A DNA stretch of 64,000 bases from an uncultured delta proteobacterium (GCA_963822965.1 CAWGJT010000006.1:640001-704000); one strand, 5' to 3'; positions 10,095 through 21,109 are shown, numbered from the stretch's first letter. A program made the numbers and translations. Notes: generated by a model from the letters alone, not told the origin.

Positions 10095-10724
10095 TCAGGC
10101 GCGATGCGAAAGCAGCGCCGCGATGGTCTCGACACCGCGCCGGCGCTGCTCGTTGGCCGCCTCGCTCGGGTCGAAGAGGGACAGGACGAGCACCCCGTCC
10201 AGCATGCTGACGAGGCCGGCCGCCGCCGCACCGGGGTCCGCGTCGGGCGGAAGCATCTCGGCCAGCGTCTCGCTCAGGACCCCCGCGAAGCGCTGATGCA
10301 GATCGAGGAGCAGGCCCACCACCCACTCGCGGAGCGCCGGCGTCTCCACGACCCAGTGCAGGAAGGCCTGGATCACCACCTGGTGCTCGCTCACCATGTT
10401 CTGGTAGCTGCCCACCTGCTCGATCAACCGCTTGGCGGGGGCGAGGTCGTCGAGGTCGCGCTCGAGGGACTCCCGAAACGGGCGCACCAGGAACGAGAAC
10501 ACCTCACGGAAGAGGCCCGCCTTGTCGCTGAAGTGCCAGAAGACGGTGGCGCGGCTCACCCCGGCGTGATCGGCGACGTCGGCGATGGTGGTGCGGTCGA
10601 ACCCGCGCTCGACGAAGAGCCCGGCCGCAGCAACCAGAATACGCTGCTGGGTCGCGGCCTTCCCGCGCAGGGGCTCGCCGTCGGGGGAGGCAATCTCGTG
10701 AGGCGTTGTCCGCTCGATCGCCAT
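10095..10724 (-). CDS. TetR/AcrR family transcriptional regulator
   Basis: ILVAAAGLFVERGFDRTTIADVADHAGVSRATVFWHFSDK. Confidence 0.9.
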   Translation of the reverse strand: MAIERTTPHEIASPDGEPLRGKAATQQRILVAAAGLFVERGFDRTTIADVADHAGVSRATVFWHFSDKAGLFREVFSFLVRPFRESLERDLDDLAPAKRLIEQVGSYQNMVSEHQVVIQAFLHWVVETPALREWVVGLLLDLHQRFAGVLSETLAEMLPPDADPGAAAAGLVSMLDGVLVLSLFDPSEAANEQRRRGVETIAALLSHRA

Positions 10725-10891
10725 CCGCTCCCCCCCTCCGCCCCGCAGCCGCCCCGGACGCCGGCTCGCCCCCAGGGTGCACGGACCGCGAGTGTCGGAC
10801 CCGCGAGCGGCCCGGGCAACCCCCACCGCTGACCGAACGGGGTCCGCGGGTCCGATCCCGGGCGCCGGCGTCCCGCGCGGCACGCCGGCGC

Positions 10892-11686
10892 TCAGCCGAT
10901 GCGGGCGCTCTGTCCGCCGTCCACGGGAAGGATCACGCCGGTGACGAACTTCGCCTCGTCCGAGTGCAGGAACAGCGACGCGTAGGCCACGTCCCAGGCG
11001 GTGCCCATGCGGGCGCCGAGGGGCACCTGGGCGTCGCGCGCACGGGACAGCTCCACGGGATCGACGCCCCGGGCGGCGGCGATGCCCTGGATGGCCATGG
11101 GCGTGTCCATCAGCCCCGGCATCACGGCGTTCACGCGGATCCCGTAGCGCGCGTTGCCCATCGCCAGGGAGTGGGTGAAGGCATTGAGTCCGGCCTTCGA
11201 GACCTTGTAGGCGACGATGCCCACGCTGCAGACCGCCGCCACCGAGGAGATGTTGACGATGCTGCCGGAGCCCTGCTCCCGCATCACGGGAAGCACGTGC
11301 TTGCACGTGAGGAAGCAGCCCTTCAGGTTCACGTCCAGGATGCGATCCCAGTCCTTCTCCTCGAGGCGGGTGGGCCCCGCGTCGCCCCCGCCGATCCCGA
11401 CGTTGTTGTGCAGCAGGTCGATGCGACCGAAGCGCTCGACGCAGGCGGCCGCGAGATCCCGGCACTGGGGCTCCCGCGTGATGTCGGCCTCGAACGCGAA
11501 GCCCTCGCCGCCCTCGTCCTCGATCATCTTCTGGGTCTCGCGCGCCGAATCGATCCGGCGGTCCACGAGCATCACCCGCGCACCCTCTCGCGCCAGCAGC
11601 AACGCGGTGGCGCGTCCGTTCCCGATGGTGTCGCCCGGGGTCTGGCCCGCGCCGACCACGATCGCCACCTTGCCCGCGACCCTCAC
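10892..11686 (-). CDS. SDR family oxidoreductase
   Basis: NNVGI, NISS, YKVSK catalytic motif, VDGG at C-terminus. Confidence 0.92.
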   Translation of the reverse strand: MRVAGKVAIVVGAGQTPGDTIGNGRATALLLAREGARVMLVDRRIDSARETQKMIEDEGGEGFAFEADITREPQCRDLAAACVERFGRIDLLHNNVGIGGGDAGPTRLEEKDWDRILDVNLKGCFLTCKHVLPVMREQGSGSIVNISSVAAVCSVGIVAYKVSKAGLNAFTHSLAMGNARYGIRVNAVMPGLMDTPMAIQGIAAARGVDPVELSRARDAQVPLGARMGTAWDVAYASLFLHSDEAKFVTGVILPVDGGQSARIG

Positions 11687-12240
11687 CGGGGGAAGCCCTC
11701 GACGCCCGCGTCGAGCTGCACGCCCAGCGTGTTGAGCGCCATGGAGACCAGGTTGTACTGCCCGACGGTGAAGACGAGGTCGATCAGCTGTTGGGTGTCG
11801 TAGCGCGCGGAGAGCGCCTTCCAGGTGGCGTCACCGATCATGGCGTCGGCGTGCAGCTCGTCCACCGCCCGCAGGAGGGTGGCTTCGAAGGGGTCCCAGC
11901 CCGGCGCGTCCGGCCCCGCGGTCACGCGCCGGATCTCCTCGTCGTCGATCCCGAGGCCGCGGCTGATCACGACGTGCTGTCCCCACTCGTACTCGGCGCG
12001 GCACAGCCAGCCGATCCGCAGGATCGCGAGCTCGCGTTCTCGCGGCGACAGGGTGTTCTTCCCGAGCACGTGGTTGCCGAAGACGAGCCACCGCTTGAGC
12101 AGCTTGGGATGTCGGGCGAGCGTGGCGAAGATGTTGAGCACGCGTCCCCCGGCGCGCATGAGACCGCCGAGCAGCTCGCGCGTCTCGTCGTCCCACTCGG
12201 ATTCGGGCAGGGGGGACACGCGGGGTTCGCTGAGTCGCAT
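11683..12240 (-). CDS. Carboxymuconolactone decarboxylase (AhpD-like) family protein
   Basis: LSPRERELAILRIGWLCRAEYEWGQH. Confidence 0.88.
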   Translation of the reverse strand: MRLSEPRVSPLPESEWDDETRELLGGLMRAGGRVLNIFATLARHPKLLKRWLVFGNHVLGKNTLSPRERELAILRIGWLCRAEYEWGQHVVISRGLGIDDEEIRRVTAGPDAPGWDPFEATLLRAVDELHADAMIGDATWKALSARYDTQQLIDLVFTVGQYNLVSMALNTLGVQLDAGVEGFPR

Positions 12241-12334
12241 GATCGGTTCTCCTCGGAGGTCGGCCCGGGACCCGGCGGGGAGCTGCGCCGGAAGCTCGAG
12301 CAGGGGAAACAGGAAGCGTTCGCGCCGCCCAACG

Positions 12335-12982
12335 CTACCGAAGACCCGGGCCCTCCCGCGCGAGCGCCTCCGCCAGGGCCGCCAGGAGCTCTCCCTCCAC
12401 CCGGTTCGTCGAGCGGGGCGCCAGACCCGGGGGCTCCGGGGGCTCGGCTTCCACGTCGAGACGCAGCTCCACCCGCGTGCCGCCCGCGACAGGCTCCAGC
12501 CGGGCGTGGACGGTGCCTTCCAGCCGATAGCGCCGCGGATCGAGCACGAGACGCCGGTCCTCGACGACCTCGGTCACCTGGGACGTGACCCGACCGTTGC
12601 GCACGACGCACTCGTTGCAGCGATAGTCCAGGGGCGAGTAGCTGCGATAGGACCGCAGCGTACGGGTCACCACCTTGCGCAGCTGCCCGAGGTCGACGGC
12701 CCCGGCCGCCGCGTCGGCGCTCGCCCACGGCAGGGCCGCGGTCAGACGATCTTCCGGCGCCGCGGGCTCCTGGAAGCGCGCGCCCCGTGCCGCGAGCACG
12801 TTCTCGAGCACGGTCGCCACCCGCGCGGCAGGCGCTTCGAACACACGCGCGGGCGGTGGGAGGCCGGGCGGCGGCTCGTAGGATTCCCGCGTGAACTCGC
12901 GAATGCGCGTCCCCGCGCACGCCGTCAGCACGAGGAGCGAGAGGACGAGGCAGCGGGCGAGGGGACGGGCGTTTGCGACCAC
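12335..12982 (-). CDS. Putative lipoprotein
   Basis: Signal peptide with lipobox LTAC; CxxC (CNEC). Confidence 0.6.
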   Translation of the reverse strand: MVANARPLARCLVLSLLVLTACAGTRIREFTRESYEPPPGLPPPARVFEAPAARVATVLENVLAARGARFQEPAAPEDRLTAALPWASADAAAGAVDLGQLRKVVTRTLRSYRSYSPLDYRCNECVVRNGRVTSQVTEVVEDRRLVLDPRRYRLEGTVHARLEPVAGGTRVELRLDVEAEPPEPPGLAPRSTNRVEGELLAALAEALAREGPGLR

Positions 12983-13025
12983 GGCCGGATCCTATCCGAA
13001 ACCCATGCGGTAGACTCCGTGGCGC

Positions 13026-14297
13026 ATGGAGCGGGCCGACGTCCTGATCGCCGGGGGCGGCATCATCGGCACCAGCGTGGCCTGGGCGCTCGCGCGGCGC
13101 GGCGTCCGCGGCGTGTGGGTCGTCGATCTCGACCTCGCAGGCCTCTACGCCTCTTCCGAGCTGAACGCAGGCGGAGCCCGTGCCACCTGGTGGCAGCCGG
13201 TCAACATCGCGACCTGCGCGGCCACTCTCGACTTCTTCCGCGAGCATCGGGACGAGTTCGGATTCCGCGAGTGCGGCTATCTCTGGCTCTACGATGACCC
13301 GCAGCTCTTCGAGCGCGCAGGCACCGCGATGCGCCTGCAGAACGGCTTCGGCCTCGGGGTCGAGCGGCTCGACGTGCCGTCGCTCGCCGAGCGGTTCCCG
13401 ATCGTCGACCGGAGGCTCGGGGAGCTGGTGGGCGCCACCCACTCGCCCCGGGACGGGCTCATCAACCCGAACGCCGTCCGGCGCTGGTACCGCCGCGAGG
13501 CGGAGCGGCTCGGCGTCCGCTTCCTCGATCGCCACTACGTGTCGGGCGTCGCGACGCGCCGGCTTCCGGGCAGCCGGCGGGCCGTCGCGGGCGTCGACGT
13601 GGTGGAGATCCGGTCCGGCGATCCCACCGACGACCGCGGCGTGATCCAGGACATCCTGACCCGACACCGCATTCCGGCCGGCGAGGCCGTGGAGCAGATC
13701 GCGGTGGCTTGCGACGTCGTCGTCAACTGCCTGGGTGCCTGGTCACCGGTCTTCTCCGCCAAGATCGGGGTGGCCGACGTCACCGAGCCGGTTCGCCGCC
13801 AGATCGCGCTCGTAGACGTGCACGCCCAGGACGTTCCGTCCGGTGTGGACCTGGCCGGCGGCGGCATGATCGTCGACGCCAGCGACCTCTACTTCCATCC
13901 GGAGGGCGCGCACGTGCTGGCGGGATACTCGATTCCCGACGAGCCGCCGGGCTTCGACTTCGGCTACGACGGACACGAATTCTTCGAGAACGAGATCTGG
14001 CCCCGGCTGGCACACCGCTGCAGCACCTTCGAGCGCTGCGGTCACGTGCGTGGATGGGCGGGCCTGTATGCCGTGACCCCGGATCGCAGCGGGATCGCGG
14101 GCGCCGTCACTGGCTTCACGAACCTCTTCGAGGCGCACTCCTTCACGGGGCGCGGGGTGATGCAGTCCTACGGCATCGGGACGGCCCTGGCGGAGCTGAT
14201 CGACGGCGGGCGGACCCGGGACCTGGACATCGCTCCCCTCTCGCGCGACCGCTTCGGCGACCGGGCCCGCTGGGTGACCGAGGACCTCCACATCTGA
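13026..14297 (+). CDS. FAD-dependent oxidoreductase (DAO / sarcosine oxidase beta-like)
   Basis: IAGGGIIG Rossmann motif; ASSELNAGG; WAGLYAVTPD; FTGRGVMQS. Confidence 0.88.
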   Translation: MERADVLIAGGGIIGTSVAWALARRGVRGVWVVDLDLAGLYASSELNAGGARATWWQPVNIATCAATLDFFREHRDEFGFRECGYLWLYDDPQLFERAGTAMRLQNGFGLGVERLDVPSLAERFPIVDRRLGELVGATHSPRDGLINPNAVRRWYRREAERLGVRFLDRHYVSGVATRRLPGSRRAVAGVDVVEIRSGDPTDDRGVIQDILTRHRIPAGEAVEQIAVACDVVVNCLGAWSPVFSAKIGVADVTEPVRRQIALVDVHAQDVPSGVDLAGGGMIVDASDLYFHPEGAHVLAGYSIPDEPPGFDFGYDGHEFFENEIWPRLAHRCSTFERCGHVRGWAGLYAVTPDRSGIAGAVTGFTNLFEAHSFTGRGVMQSYGIGTALAELIDGGRTRDLDIAPLSRDRFGDRARWVTEDLHI

Positions 14298-14309
14298 TAT
14301 CACCCCGCC

Positions 14310-15413
14310 ATGACCGCCGCCCCGTCCGTCGAAACCCTGACCCTGCCCGCCCGCCACCTGCGAGACTTCTCGCGAAGGGTCTTCGAGCACTTCGGCCTGC
14401 CCGACGAGGATGCGGCGCTCGCCGCGGACGTCCTGGCCCGCAGCGACCTGCGCGGCATCGACTCCCACGGTGTGGCGAGGCTGCGCACCTATCACGACAT
14501 GCTGGAATCCGGGCGCATCAACCCGCGCCCGCGCATCGCGATCATCCGCGAGAGCGCCTCCACCGCCACCGTCGACGGCGACAACGGCCTCGGGCTCGTG
14601 GTGGGGCCGCGCGCCAACCAGATCGCCCTCGACAAGGCGGGCGAGGCCGGCACGGGCTGGGTGAGCGTCTGCAACTCCAACCACTACGGCATCGCCGGCT
14701 ACTACGTCCTCGAAGCCCTGGCCCGGGATCTGATCGGCTGGTCCATGACCAACACCACGAGCCTGGTGGCGCCACTCTGGGGCGCCGAGCGGATGCTCGG
14801 AACCAACCCCATCGCCATCGGGTTTCCGGGCGACGAGGAGCCCGACATCGTGATCGACATGGCGACCTGCGCGGCCGCCTACGGAAAGATCGAGATCGCC
14901 CGGCGCAAGGGAGAGGCCCTGCCCGGCGGCTGGGCGATCGACGCCCTCGGCCGGGAGACGCTGGACCCGGAGGCGATGATCGAAGGCGGTGCGCTGCTGC
15001 CCCTGGGCAGCCGCCGCGAGCAGGGAGGCCACAAGGGCTACTGCCTGGCGGTGATGGTGGACGTCCTGTGCTGCGTGCTCTCCGGGGCGAACTGGGGCCC
15101 CTTCGCGCCGCCCTTCGCCCTGCGGCAACGGATCCCCGACCGCAGCGTCGGCAAGGGAATCGGCCACTTCTTCGGTGCCATGCGCATCGACGCCTTCATC
15201 GACGTCGGCGAGTTCAAGCGCCAGATCGACGAGTACGTGCGCACCCTGCGCGCCACGCGCCCGGCGCCCGACACGGACGGCCCGCTGGTGCCCGGCGACC
15301 CGGAGCGCGAGGCCGAGGCCGCCCGCACGGCCCTGGGCATTCCGCTGCTGATGCCCGTGGTCGAGGACCTGCGCGAGATCTCCCGCACGACGGGCATCCC
15401 CTTCGGCGCCTGA
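14310..15413 (+). CDS. Ldh_2 family oxidoreductase (type-2 malate/L-lactate dehydrogenase)
   Basis: DLRGIDSHG, VDGDNGLG, NSNHYG, GTNPIA, DMAT, GGHKGY, PGDPE. Confidence 0.92.
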   Translation: MTAAPSVETLTLPARHLRDFSRRVFEHFGLPDEDAALAADVLARSDLRGIDSHGVARLRTYHDMLESGRINPRPRIAIIRESASTATVDGDNGLGLVVGPRANQIALDKAGEAGTGWVSVCNSNHYGIAGYYVLEALARDLIGWSMTNTTSLVAPLWGAERMLGTNPIAIGFPGDEEPDIVIDMATCAAAYGKIEIARRKGEALPGGWAIDALGRETLDPEAMIEGGALLPLGSRREQGGHKGYCLAVMVDVLCCVLSGANWGPFAPPFALRQRIPDRSVGKGIGHFFGAMRIDAFIDVGEFKRQIDEYVRTLRATRPAPDTDGPLVPGDPEREAEAARTALGIPLLMPVVEDLREISRTTGIPFGA

Positions 15414-15455
15414 CACGAGGCCCGGCGGGCCCAGGCCACCGGGACGACACGAGCG

Positions 15456-17861
15456 TCACGCGCCGCCGGCACCTGCGGCTGCACGCAGGGCCTCGATCAC
15501 CCCGCCCACCGACAGCAGCTCGGGCAGCACATCGGGCTCGTCGGGCGCGTCGGGCCGGTAGAGCAGGTACATGGGCACGCCCGCCTTGCCGTGGCTCGCG
15601 AGCACCTCGCGGATCCCCTCGTCGTAGAGCGTCCAGTCCGCCTTGAAGGTGGCGACGTCCAGCCGGTCGAGCTCCTGCTTCACGCGCTCGTCGTCGAACA
15701 CCACCTTCTCGTTCACCTTGCAGGTGATGCACCAGTCCGCGGTGAAGTCGACGAAGACGAGCCTTCCGCGGCGCAGCTCCCCCAGGACGGCGCCCGGGTC
15801 GTAGGCGCGCCAGGGTGCGTCGCTCGTCGGGACGGCGGCGTCCGCCGACGCGACTCCGACCCCGACCCCGGCGGCGGGCGGCCGGCCCGTGGGCTCGAGC
15901 GGCACGGCGGCGAGCCCCAACAGGGCGACGGCGCCGCAGGCGGCCGCGGTCGCGGCGACGAGACCCCGGCGACCGGACTCCTGCACGCTGCCGAAGATCC
16001 AGGCCAGGAAGCCCACGCCGACGAGGTAGGCCAGCAGGACCGCCTGGGCGTCGATCCCGACGCTGCGCCCCACCACCCACAGGAGCCACACCACGGTGGC
16101 GACCAGGGAGAATCCGAGCCCCGTGCGCACCCGCAGCATCCAGGCGCCGGGCCGGGGCACGATGCGCGACCACGCCGGAACCAGCGTGACCGCCGCGTAG
16201 GGTGCAGCCAGGCCTACGCCGATGGCCCCGAAGATCGCGAAGATGACCGGCGGCGGGCTCGCGAACGCGAACCCTACGGCGGTGCCGAGGAAGGGTGCGG
16301 TGCACGGCGTCGCCAACACGACCGCCAGCAGCCCCTCGAAGAAGCTGCGTCGCAGGCCGGTGGCCTCGGCGCCCAGGCGCGCGGCGCCCGCCGGCTGGAA
16401 GGTCACCTCGAACACGCCGAAGAGGTTCAGGGCGAAGACCACCAGCAGCGTGCAGATCGCGGCGACGAAGAGCGGCTCCTGGAACTGGAACCCCCAGCCC
16501 ACCGCGGTGCCCGCCGCGCGCAACGCGCTCACCAGGCCCGCGAGCAGCAGCATCGAGGAGAGGACGCCCGCGCTGTAGGCCGCCCCGTGCCCCGCGACCA
16601 CGCGCCGGCTCTGGTGGGCCAGCTCGGCCACGCGGAAGACCTTGAGCGCGAGGATGGGCAGCACGCAGGGCATCAGGTTCAGGATCAGTCCGCCGAGCAG
16701 GGCGAGTCCGATCGCGTAGACGAGCGACCCGGAGGGCCGCGGCGGCTCGAATCCGCCCGTGAGCGAGAGGAGCGGGCTCTCGAAGGTCGATACCTCGGCT
16801 CCCGCGGCGGCACGCGGCAGGGGAGCGTCCACCTCGACCCAGGTGCGGCCGTCCGCGAGGGAGAGGGGCACGAGCCCGCGGATCCGCTGCTCGACCGCTT
16901 CGGGCTCGTCGACAACCGCTTCGGGCCCATCGGAAACCGCCTGGGGCCCGTCGGAAACCGCCTGGGGCCCGTCGGAAACCGCCTGGGGCCCGTCGGAAAA
17001 GGCATGTCCCGCCAGGGCCAGCGCCAGGCCGTCTGCCTCGCGCTCGTACCCCACCACCTCGAGCTCGACCCCGGGCACCTCGTCCGGCACGAACGCCTCG
17101 TGGGGCGCGGCCGCCGCGAGACGCGCGCCCTGGCAGCCTTCGGTCGGATCGACGCAGCGAAGCACCAGGGCGGTGCGGAAGTCGTCCCCCGGCCGGATCG
17201 CACTCTGGGAGTGGATCGCCTCCACCTCCAGGCCGTAGCTGCGGGCGGACCTCGGAATCCGTCGCTCGAAGCGCGCGAAGAGCGAGTGCACCGACTCGGG
17301 GGCGGGAAGGCCCTTCTCCGTCACGTCGAGCACCCGGGAGAGAGAGATGCTTCCGGGGATGCAGCCGATGCGACAGGTCACGAAGTCGGCGGTGACCGCG
17401 ACCCGCGCGCGTCCCGGCTGGCGGGGCGCGACCACCGCCAGGCTCGTCAGCAGCACCTCGTCGCGATAGCCGTAGGTCGTCAGGAACCCGTCCGACTCCT
17501 GGAAGACCTCGGGCGCCGGCCAACGGATCGGGCCCACCTCGGCCTGCTCGAAGTTCCAGTCGAGGCGGGTGGGCAGGCCGGAGTCGCCGGCGTTGCGCCA
17601 GTAGACGTGCCAGCCCGGGTCCATCCGGAACAGGACGCCGACCCGCACGGTCTGCCCCGGACGCAGGGCCCCGGCGTCCACGAGCAGCTCGGCCTCGACC
17701 CGCGCATCTCCCGCGTCGTAGGCGTCGGCGCCACGGGACGGATCCCCGGCGTGCGCGCTCCCCGCCGCCAGCAGCGAGACGAGGAGCAGCGGGGCCAGCA
17801 GGAGCCCGGCGCCGCCGCAGAGCCGGCACGCGCCGCTCCGAATGCTCCGGATTCGCTCCAT
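15456..17861 (-). CDS. Protein-disulfide reductase DsbD family (N-terminal domain + TM domain + thioredoxin)
   Basis: GWHVYWRNAGDSG, CRIGC, LNLMPCVLP, ATPCTAP, FTADWCITC. Confidence 0.9.
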   Translation of the reverse strand: MERIRSIRSGACRLCGGAGLLLAPLLLVSLLAAGSAHAGDPSRGADAYDAGDARVEAELLVDAGALRPGQTVRVGVLFRMDPGWHVYWRNAGDSGLPTRLDWNFEQAEVGPIRWPAPEVFQESDGFLTTYGYRDEVLLTSLAVVAPRQPGRARVAVTADFVTCRIGCIPGSISLSRVLDVTEKGLPAPESVHSLFARFERRIPRSARSYGLEVEAIHSQSAIRPGDDFRTALVLRCVDPTEGCQGARLAAAAPHEAFVPDEVPGVELEVVGYEREADGLALALAGHAFSDGPQAVSDGPQAVSDGPQAVSDGPEAVVDEPEAVEQRIRGLVPLSLADGRTWVEVDAPLPRAAAGAEVSTFESPLLSLTGGFEPPRPSGSLVYAIGLALLGGLILNLMPCVLPILALKVFRVAELAHQSRRVVAGHGAAYSAGVLSSMLLLAGLVSALRAAGTAVGWGFQFQEPLFVAAICTLLVVFALNLFGVFEVTFQPAGAARLGAEATGLRRSFFEGLLAVVLATPCTAPFLGTAVGFAFASPPPVIFAIFGAIGVGLAAPYAAVTLVPAWSRIVPRPGAWMLRVRTGLGFSLVATVVWLLWVVGRSVGIDAQAVLLAYLVGVGFLAWIFGSVQESGRRGLVAATAAACGAVALLGLAAVPLEPTGRPPAAGVGVGVASADAAVPTSDAPWRAYDPGAVLGELRRGRLVFVDFTADWCITCKVNEKVVFDDERVKQELDRLDVATFKADWTLYDEGIREVLASHGKAGVPMYLLYRPDAPDEPDVLPELLSVGGVIEALRAAAGAGGA
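16891..16999. repeat. 21-bp in-frame tandem repeat inside dsbD (DGPQAVS x3 plus degenerate copies)
   Basis: CGGAAACCGCCTGGGGCCCGT at 16931, 16952 and 16973, plus two diverged upstream units. Confidence 0.9.
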
Positions 17862-18063
17862 CGTCCCCCCATGCTGCGGCGCCGGATTCCGCCTCTCGCA
17901 GCGCCGCAGCCCGCAGTCTAATCCACCCGCGCTGGGCGACCCGAAGCGGGGCGGTCGAACGCGGCCGGCCCCGTGGGGCGACCCCGCGCAACCCAAGCTA
18001 CGAGGCTCGCCGGTTCGGGGTAACGTGAAATCGTCGGGTGGGGTCGCGAGAGGAGGTCGGTCC

Positions 18064-19765
18064 ATGAGCGCGAGCGCAGCCAGGCAGCCGTCGGCGCACC
18101 CGCGTGCCCGGCGGCTCGGCCTGCTGGCGTGCCTGCTCGCACTCGCCCTCGGATGCAGCGAGGCGGATCGGGCGAGCCTGCTGGCGCGATTCGGAAGCCC
18201 GGACGCCCAGTACCGCGCGGGGGTGCTGCTGCTCTCCAGCGATCCCCAGGCCGCGATCCGCTGGCTCGAGCGGGCTTCGCAGCAGGGTCGCGTCGATGCC
18301 ACCCTCGAGCTGATCGAGATCCGTTCCGGCCGGCGCGGCCTGCCCGCTGACGAAGAGGAGGCCACCCGTCTGTACGCCCGCGCGATCGAGCAGGGCGACG
18401 AGGCGGCGCGCGTGGTCCTGGCGCGTCGCTACGCCGAGGGAATCGGCACACCGGTGAACCACGGCCGCGCCGCCGCGCTCTTCGAGGCGGCCGCGGACGC
18501 CGGCGACCCCGAGGCCCAGTACGAGCTGGGCAAGCTGTATACGAGCAACGTGAGGGGCGTCTTCTCCAATCCTCGCAAGGCCCGCGAGCGCTTCCTGCAG
18601 GCAGCCGAGCAGGGCCATGCCGACGCGATGAACTACCTCGGGACCCTCTACTTCACCGGGTGGGGCGTGGCGCCGGACCCCGCCAAGGGACGCGAGTGGC
18701 TCCTCAAGGCCGCCGCGCTCGACCACGCGCCCTCGGAGCGGAACCTGTACGTGATCTACCTCGAGGGTCAGGGCGTCGAGAAGGACGAGGCCGAGGCGCG
18801 CAAGTGGCTGCTGCGCGCCGCCGAGCACGGCAGCCCGGAGGCGACCCTGGAGCTCGCCCGCTACTACGAGACCGGCGGGCTCTTCCACAAGGATCGCGCC
18901 GAGGCCCTCCGCTGGTACACGGAAGCGGCCCGCCAGGGCGATCGCGACGCGATGTTCGAGCTCTGCCAGCTCGGATCCGGGTCCCCCGACGATGGCGAGT
19001 CGAAGCCATCGGCGGAGCCGCCCGGCAAGGAGGTGCTCGACTGGTGCCGGCGGGCCGCCGAGGCGAACCTGCCCGGAGCCCAGTTCGCCTACGCCCGGCG
19101 CTATCTGACCGGGGACGGTGTCCTGCGAAACCCGCGCATGGCGGCGCGCTGGCTCGCCCGCGCCGCGGACAACGGCCACGTGGAGGCCGCCCGCCAGCTG
19201 GGCATGATGATGCTCCAGGGAACGGACGTTCCCCGAGACGCGGAAGGAGCCTTCCGTCGCCTGCGGATGGCGGCGGAGGCCGACGACGCCCAGGCGAAGC
19301 TCGCCGCTGGCCGCCATGTACCACGACGGTGTCGGGGTCGCGAAGAGCGCCGCCCAGGCCTTCGAGTGGATCCTGTCGGCCGCCGAGCAGGGGAACGCCC
19401 AGGGGCAGTTCGTGGCGGGCTGGGCCTACGACATCGGCGACGGCACGAAGCGCGACCGCGAGCGCATGCTGCACTGGTACCGGGAGGCCGAAGCGCAGGG
19501 CGTGCCCCAGGCACGGCTTCGTCTCGGCATCGTCTACGCGCTCGGCAGGGGGGGCGTCGCGAAGCGGCCCGAGGACGCGCACTACTATCTCAGCAGCGCC
19601 CTCCGAAGCGGCATCGAGGAGGCCCGGGAGCCCCTGGCCTCCCTCGAGAAGGAAATGGACGCGACCACGCTCTCGCGCTTGCGCAAGCGTACCGAGGCCC
19701 GATTGCGAAACGAGCGGCCGGCTCCCAGTCAGCCCGCCGCAAAACCCGAGAAGGAGACGTCTTGA
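18064..19765 (+). CDS. Sel1-like repeat protein (putative lipoprotein); one frameshift near 19305
   Basis: Repeated A...G...AQ..LG..Y..G.GV motifs continue in a second frame from 19316; lipobox-like ALGC. Confidence 0.82.
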
Positions 19766-20181
19766 AGTACCTGCACACGATGGTCCGGGTGAGCGACCTG
19801 GACGCGTCCCTCGACTTCTACTGCGGCAAGCTCGGCCTCGAGCAGCTGAACCGGGTGGACGTCGAGGCCGGACGCTTCAGCCTCATCTTCCTGGCGGCGC
19901 CCGGCGACTCGACGGCCCAGGTGGAGCTGACCTGGAACTGGGACGAGAAGGGCTACCCGGGCGGCCGCAACTTCGGCCACCTGGCCTACAGCGTGGACGA
20001 CATCTACGCGGCCTGTCGTCGCCTGATGGACGGCGGCGTGGTGATCAACCGGCCACCGCGGGACGGCCACATGGCCTTCGTGCGCTCGCCGGACGGCATC
20101 TCCATCGAGCTGCTGCAGGCGGGCAAGCCCCTCGACCCCGCCGAGCCGTGGGCCTCGATGCCCAACACCGGCGAGTGGTAG
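19762..20181 (+). CDS. gloA: Lactoylglutathione lyase (glyoxalase I, VOC family)
   Basis: YLHTMVRVSDLDASLDFY...ELTWNW...NFGHLAY...AFVRSPDGISIEL; AAGGAG RBS, TTG start. Confidence 0.88.
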   Translation: MKYLHTMVRVSDLDASLDFYCGKLGLEQLNRVDVEAGRFSLIFLAAPGDSTAQVELTWNWDEKGYPGGRNFGHLAYSVDDIYAACRRLMDGGVVINRPPRDGHMAFVRSPDGISIELLQAGKPLDPAEPWASMPNTGEW

Positions 20182-20292
20182 CGGGCGCGGCCGGCGGAGC
20201 GCGGGAGGACGGCGGTCCGCGCCGGGAGCGTCATCTCCGGCGTCGGGTCGCTCCGCCGGTGCGTCAGGACGTCCGCGCGGGAGCGCGTCGGA

Positions 20293-20970
20293 TCAGAAAG
20301 GAGACACCCCGAAGAGTATCGGGTGGACGAAGAGGAACGCGCCGTAGAGCACCGCGCCCAGGGCCACGCGCCACGCGCCCAGCTCGCCCAGCGCCAGGTG
20401 GTTGCGACCGGCGGCGATCGCCGCGAAGGGGAAGCTCGACGTCACCCGCGCGAAGCGATCCCAGCGCTCGCCGTAGCGACGCCTGCGTTTCGCGTCGATG
20501 GAGAACGGGCCCACGAGAGCCAACAGCAGGAAGGACCCGAAGAAGAGGAGCGCGGGCGGATCGGGATTCACCAGGAAGTGACACAGACCCCACAGCGTGA
20601 CACCCCACAGGAAGGGGTGGCGGGTGATGCGCAGGATGCCCCGGGCGGGCTGCTCGGCGTCGAGGGCGCCCTCCCCGCCCGTGGCGGTGGGGGACGGCGT
20701 GGTGAGACCGATCGCCACCAGCTGGAACGCGACGAACATCACCACCAGCACGATCGGGCGCAGGGCCGCACCGCTCCACAGGGGCGCGGCGGGCGCCGTG
20801 CCCGCCCAGGCCGCGCACAGCCACACGATGCCGGCGAGGGACAGGAGGGAGAAGAGCCCGAGATAGGCGCGCTCGCCCAGACGCGCCACGAGACGATCCC
20901 GCAGCGAGGTGCCCGCCACGAAGAGGTGGATGCCGACGAAGAAGGCTCCGGCCAGGACGATGGAGCTCAT
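20293..20970 (-). CDS. NnrU family membrane protein
   Basis: GILRITRHPFLWG...IDAKRRR...TSSFPF...HPILFGVSP. Confidence 0.85.
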   Translation of the reverse strand: MSSIVLAGAFFVGIHLFVAGTSLRDRLVARLGERAYLGLFSLLSLAGIVWLCAAWAGTAPAAPLWSGAALRPIVLVVMFVAFQLVAIGLTTPSPTATGGEGALDAEQPARGILRITRHPFLWGVTLWGLCHFLVNPDPPALLFFGSFLLLALVGPFSIDAKRRRRYGERWDRFARVTSSFPFAAIAAGRNHLALGELGAWRVALGAVLYGAFLFVHPILFGVSPF

Positions 20971-21109
20971 GCGCGCGCCCTCCCGGCGTCTGCCCCCAGC
21001 ACGGCGGGAACATAACGAACGGCGGCAAGGCGCGCGTCCTCGGCGGATCTCGCTTCACCCGAGCGGCCCCGAAGAGTCGGGCTCGCCGCGGACGAACACC
21101 GTGGATCGC

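Noticed and set aside
10795..10855. 11-bp inverted repeat upstream of the second tetR
   Set aside because: GC-rich with a long spacer and no supporting promoter; could be chance.
17842..20181. 779-aa ORF suggesting a Sel1-glyoxalase fusion
   Set aside because: Caused by one extra base near 19305. The Sel1 repeats continue in the 19316-19765 frame, and gloA has its own RBS and TTG start.
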